From: Octopus bimaculoides
Lineage: Eukaryota
Length of the DNA: 64,000 nucleotides
NCBI RefSeq assembly: GCF_001194135.2
Contig: NC_068998.1
Coordinates: forward strand, 13,920,363 to 13,984,362
Reading direction: 5' to 3'
Of this stretch, positions 63,227 through 64,000 are shown piece after piece (position 1 is the stretch's first letter; the number at the start of each line of letters is the position of its first letter). The notes below the pieces were generated by a model. It was not told the DNA's origin. It was given only the letters and a program-made list of their open reading frames with translations, and ran no database searches. The translations under genes and the position numbers were made by a program.

Positions 63227-64000
63227 AAACATGTATAAACACACACACACACGTGGGTAGGTGTATAAATGTAGATCATCCAGATATTTATAACCTTCTT
63301 TAAACTGCAGCTTGTTTGGACCAAGCTTAATCGTGTTATTGCACTGGTATTAACATTTTCTATTCTAACTGAAAATTCCCGATACCCTGTTCTAACCAAT
63401 CTTACGAACTCTCTTTACTGTCAAGGATTCATTGACGAGGTTATAGACCTAATGGAAGGGAAATAACTCTTGCAGGCGTTACTGACTGGAGGAGGGGGGG
63501 ATTATGGATAGAAAAGGTCATCGTGACCTGACTGATAAGGTCCCACCTTATCCGCTGAAACAACCGTTACGTCTTCACGGGGCCTGCAGAAAATACGTGC
63601 AACTCTCGATCAACTTACATCTCACTGCCTAAAAGATATGGAAGGACATATTGGATAAAATCTCGAATAAAAATACGAGAGTGATTGTCGTATTTGGAAT
63701 ACCTTTTATCATAGGTTTATTCGATCAGAGCAATTCCTTTTAAAGCAGAGGCATTAACCACTTCACTTAGAGAACCAATGCAATGAACGAAACCTTTTTA
63801 TGGTCGTTTCAAATTACTATAATTGCTACAAAAATAGCAACAAAATTTTGAAACCACATTCTTCCGTCCTAAGTTTAAAAAAAACGTAGACAATAAAATC
63901 TGATTTTTTATAAAGATAAGATGATCTTGGCTGGAATACTTTTGATTATAAGTCTGCCTGATTAGTGGTAACCTGGGTTTAAACAGAAAAAAAATCCTCT

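Overview
AT-rich, intron- and repeat-dense animal genomic DNA with 8 N-gaps. The SINE, MITE and microsatellite content suggests an octopus/coleoid cephalopod scaffold (inference from recalled repeat families, not from a search). Two convergent spliced genes were reconstructed by hand. (1) Riboflavin kinase RFK, + strand, 4 coding exons, 1695-12784, 156 aa, GT-AG introns with consistent phases. (2) A TBC/Rab-GAP domain gene, - strand, 11 phase-consistent exons from 45703 to the stop at 28291, plus two candidate phase-compatible first exons (55990-56009, 54424-54431), about 650 aa. It retains the IxxDxxR and YxQ catalytic motifs and has a ~240-aa Ser-rich insert inside the TBC domain. The rest is tRNA-headed SINEs with interchangeable heads and tails, RTE-tailed SINEs, LINE relics (RTE, CR1-like, R4/Dong-like), mariner and piggyBac-like MITEs, microsatellites and decayed minisatellites. 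Main unexplained signal: three fold-back (inverted-repeat) elements (17.1, 25.6, 45.0-45.4 kb). Two carry type I hammerhead-ribozyme motifs, and a further degenerate hammerhead-like motif lies at 51.6 kb. These look like Penelope/retrozyme-type non-autonomous retroelements. Also notable is a SINE flanked by a 139-bp direct duplication. Most ORFs in the supplied track are spurious (repeats, gaps or partial exons). No computation or database search was run; coordinates were counted by hand and repeat boundaries are approximate.
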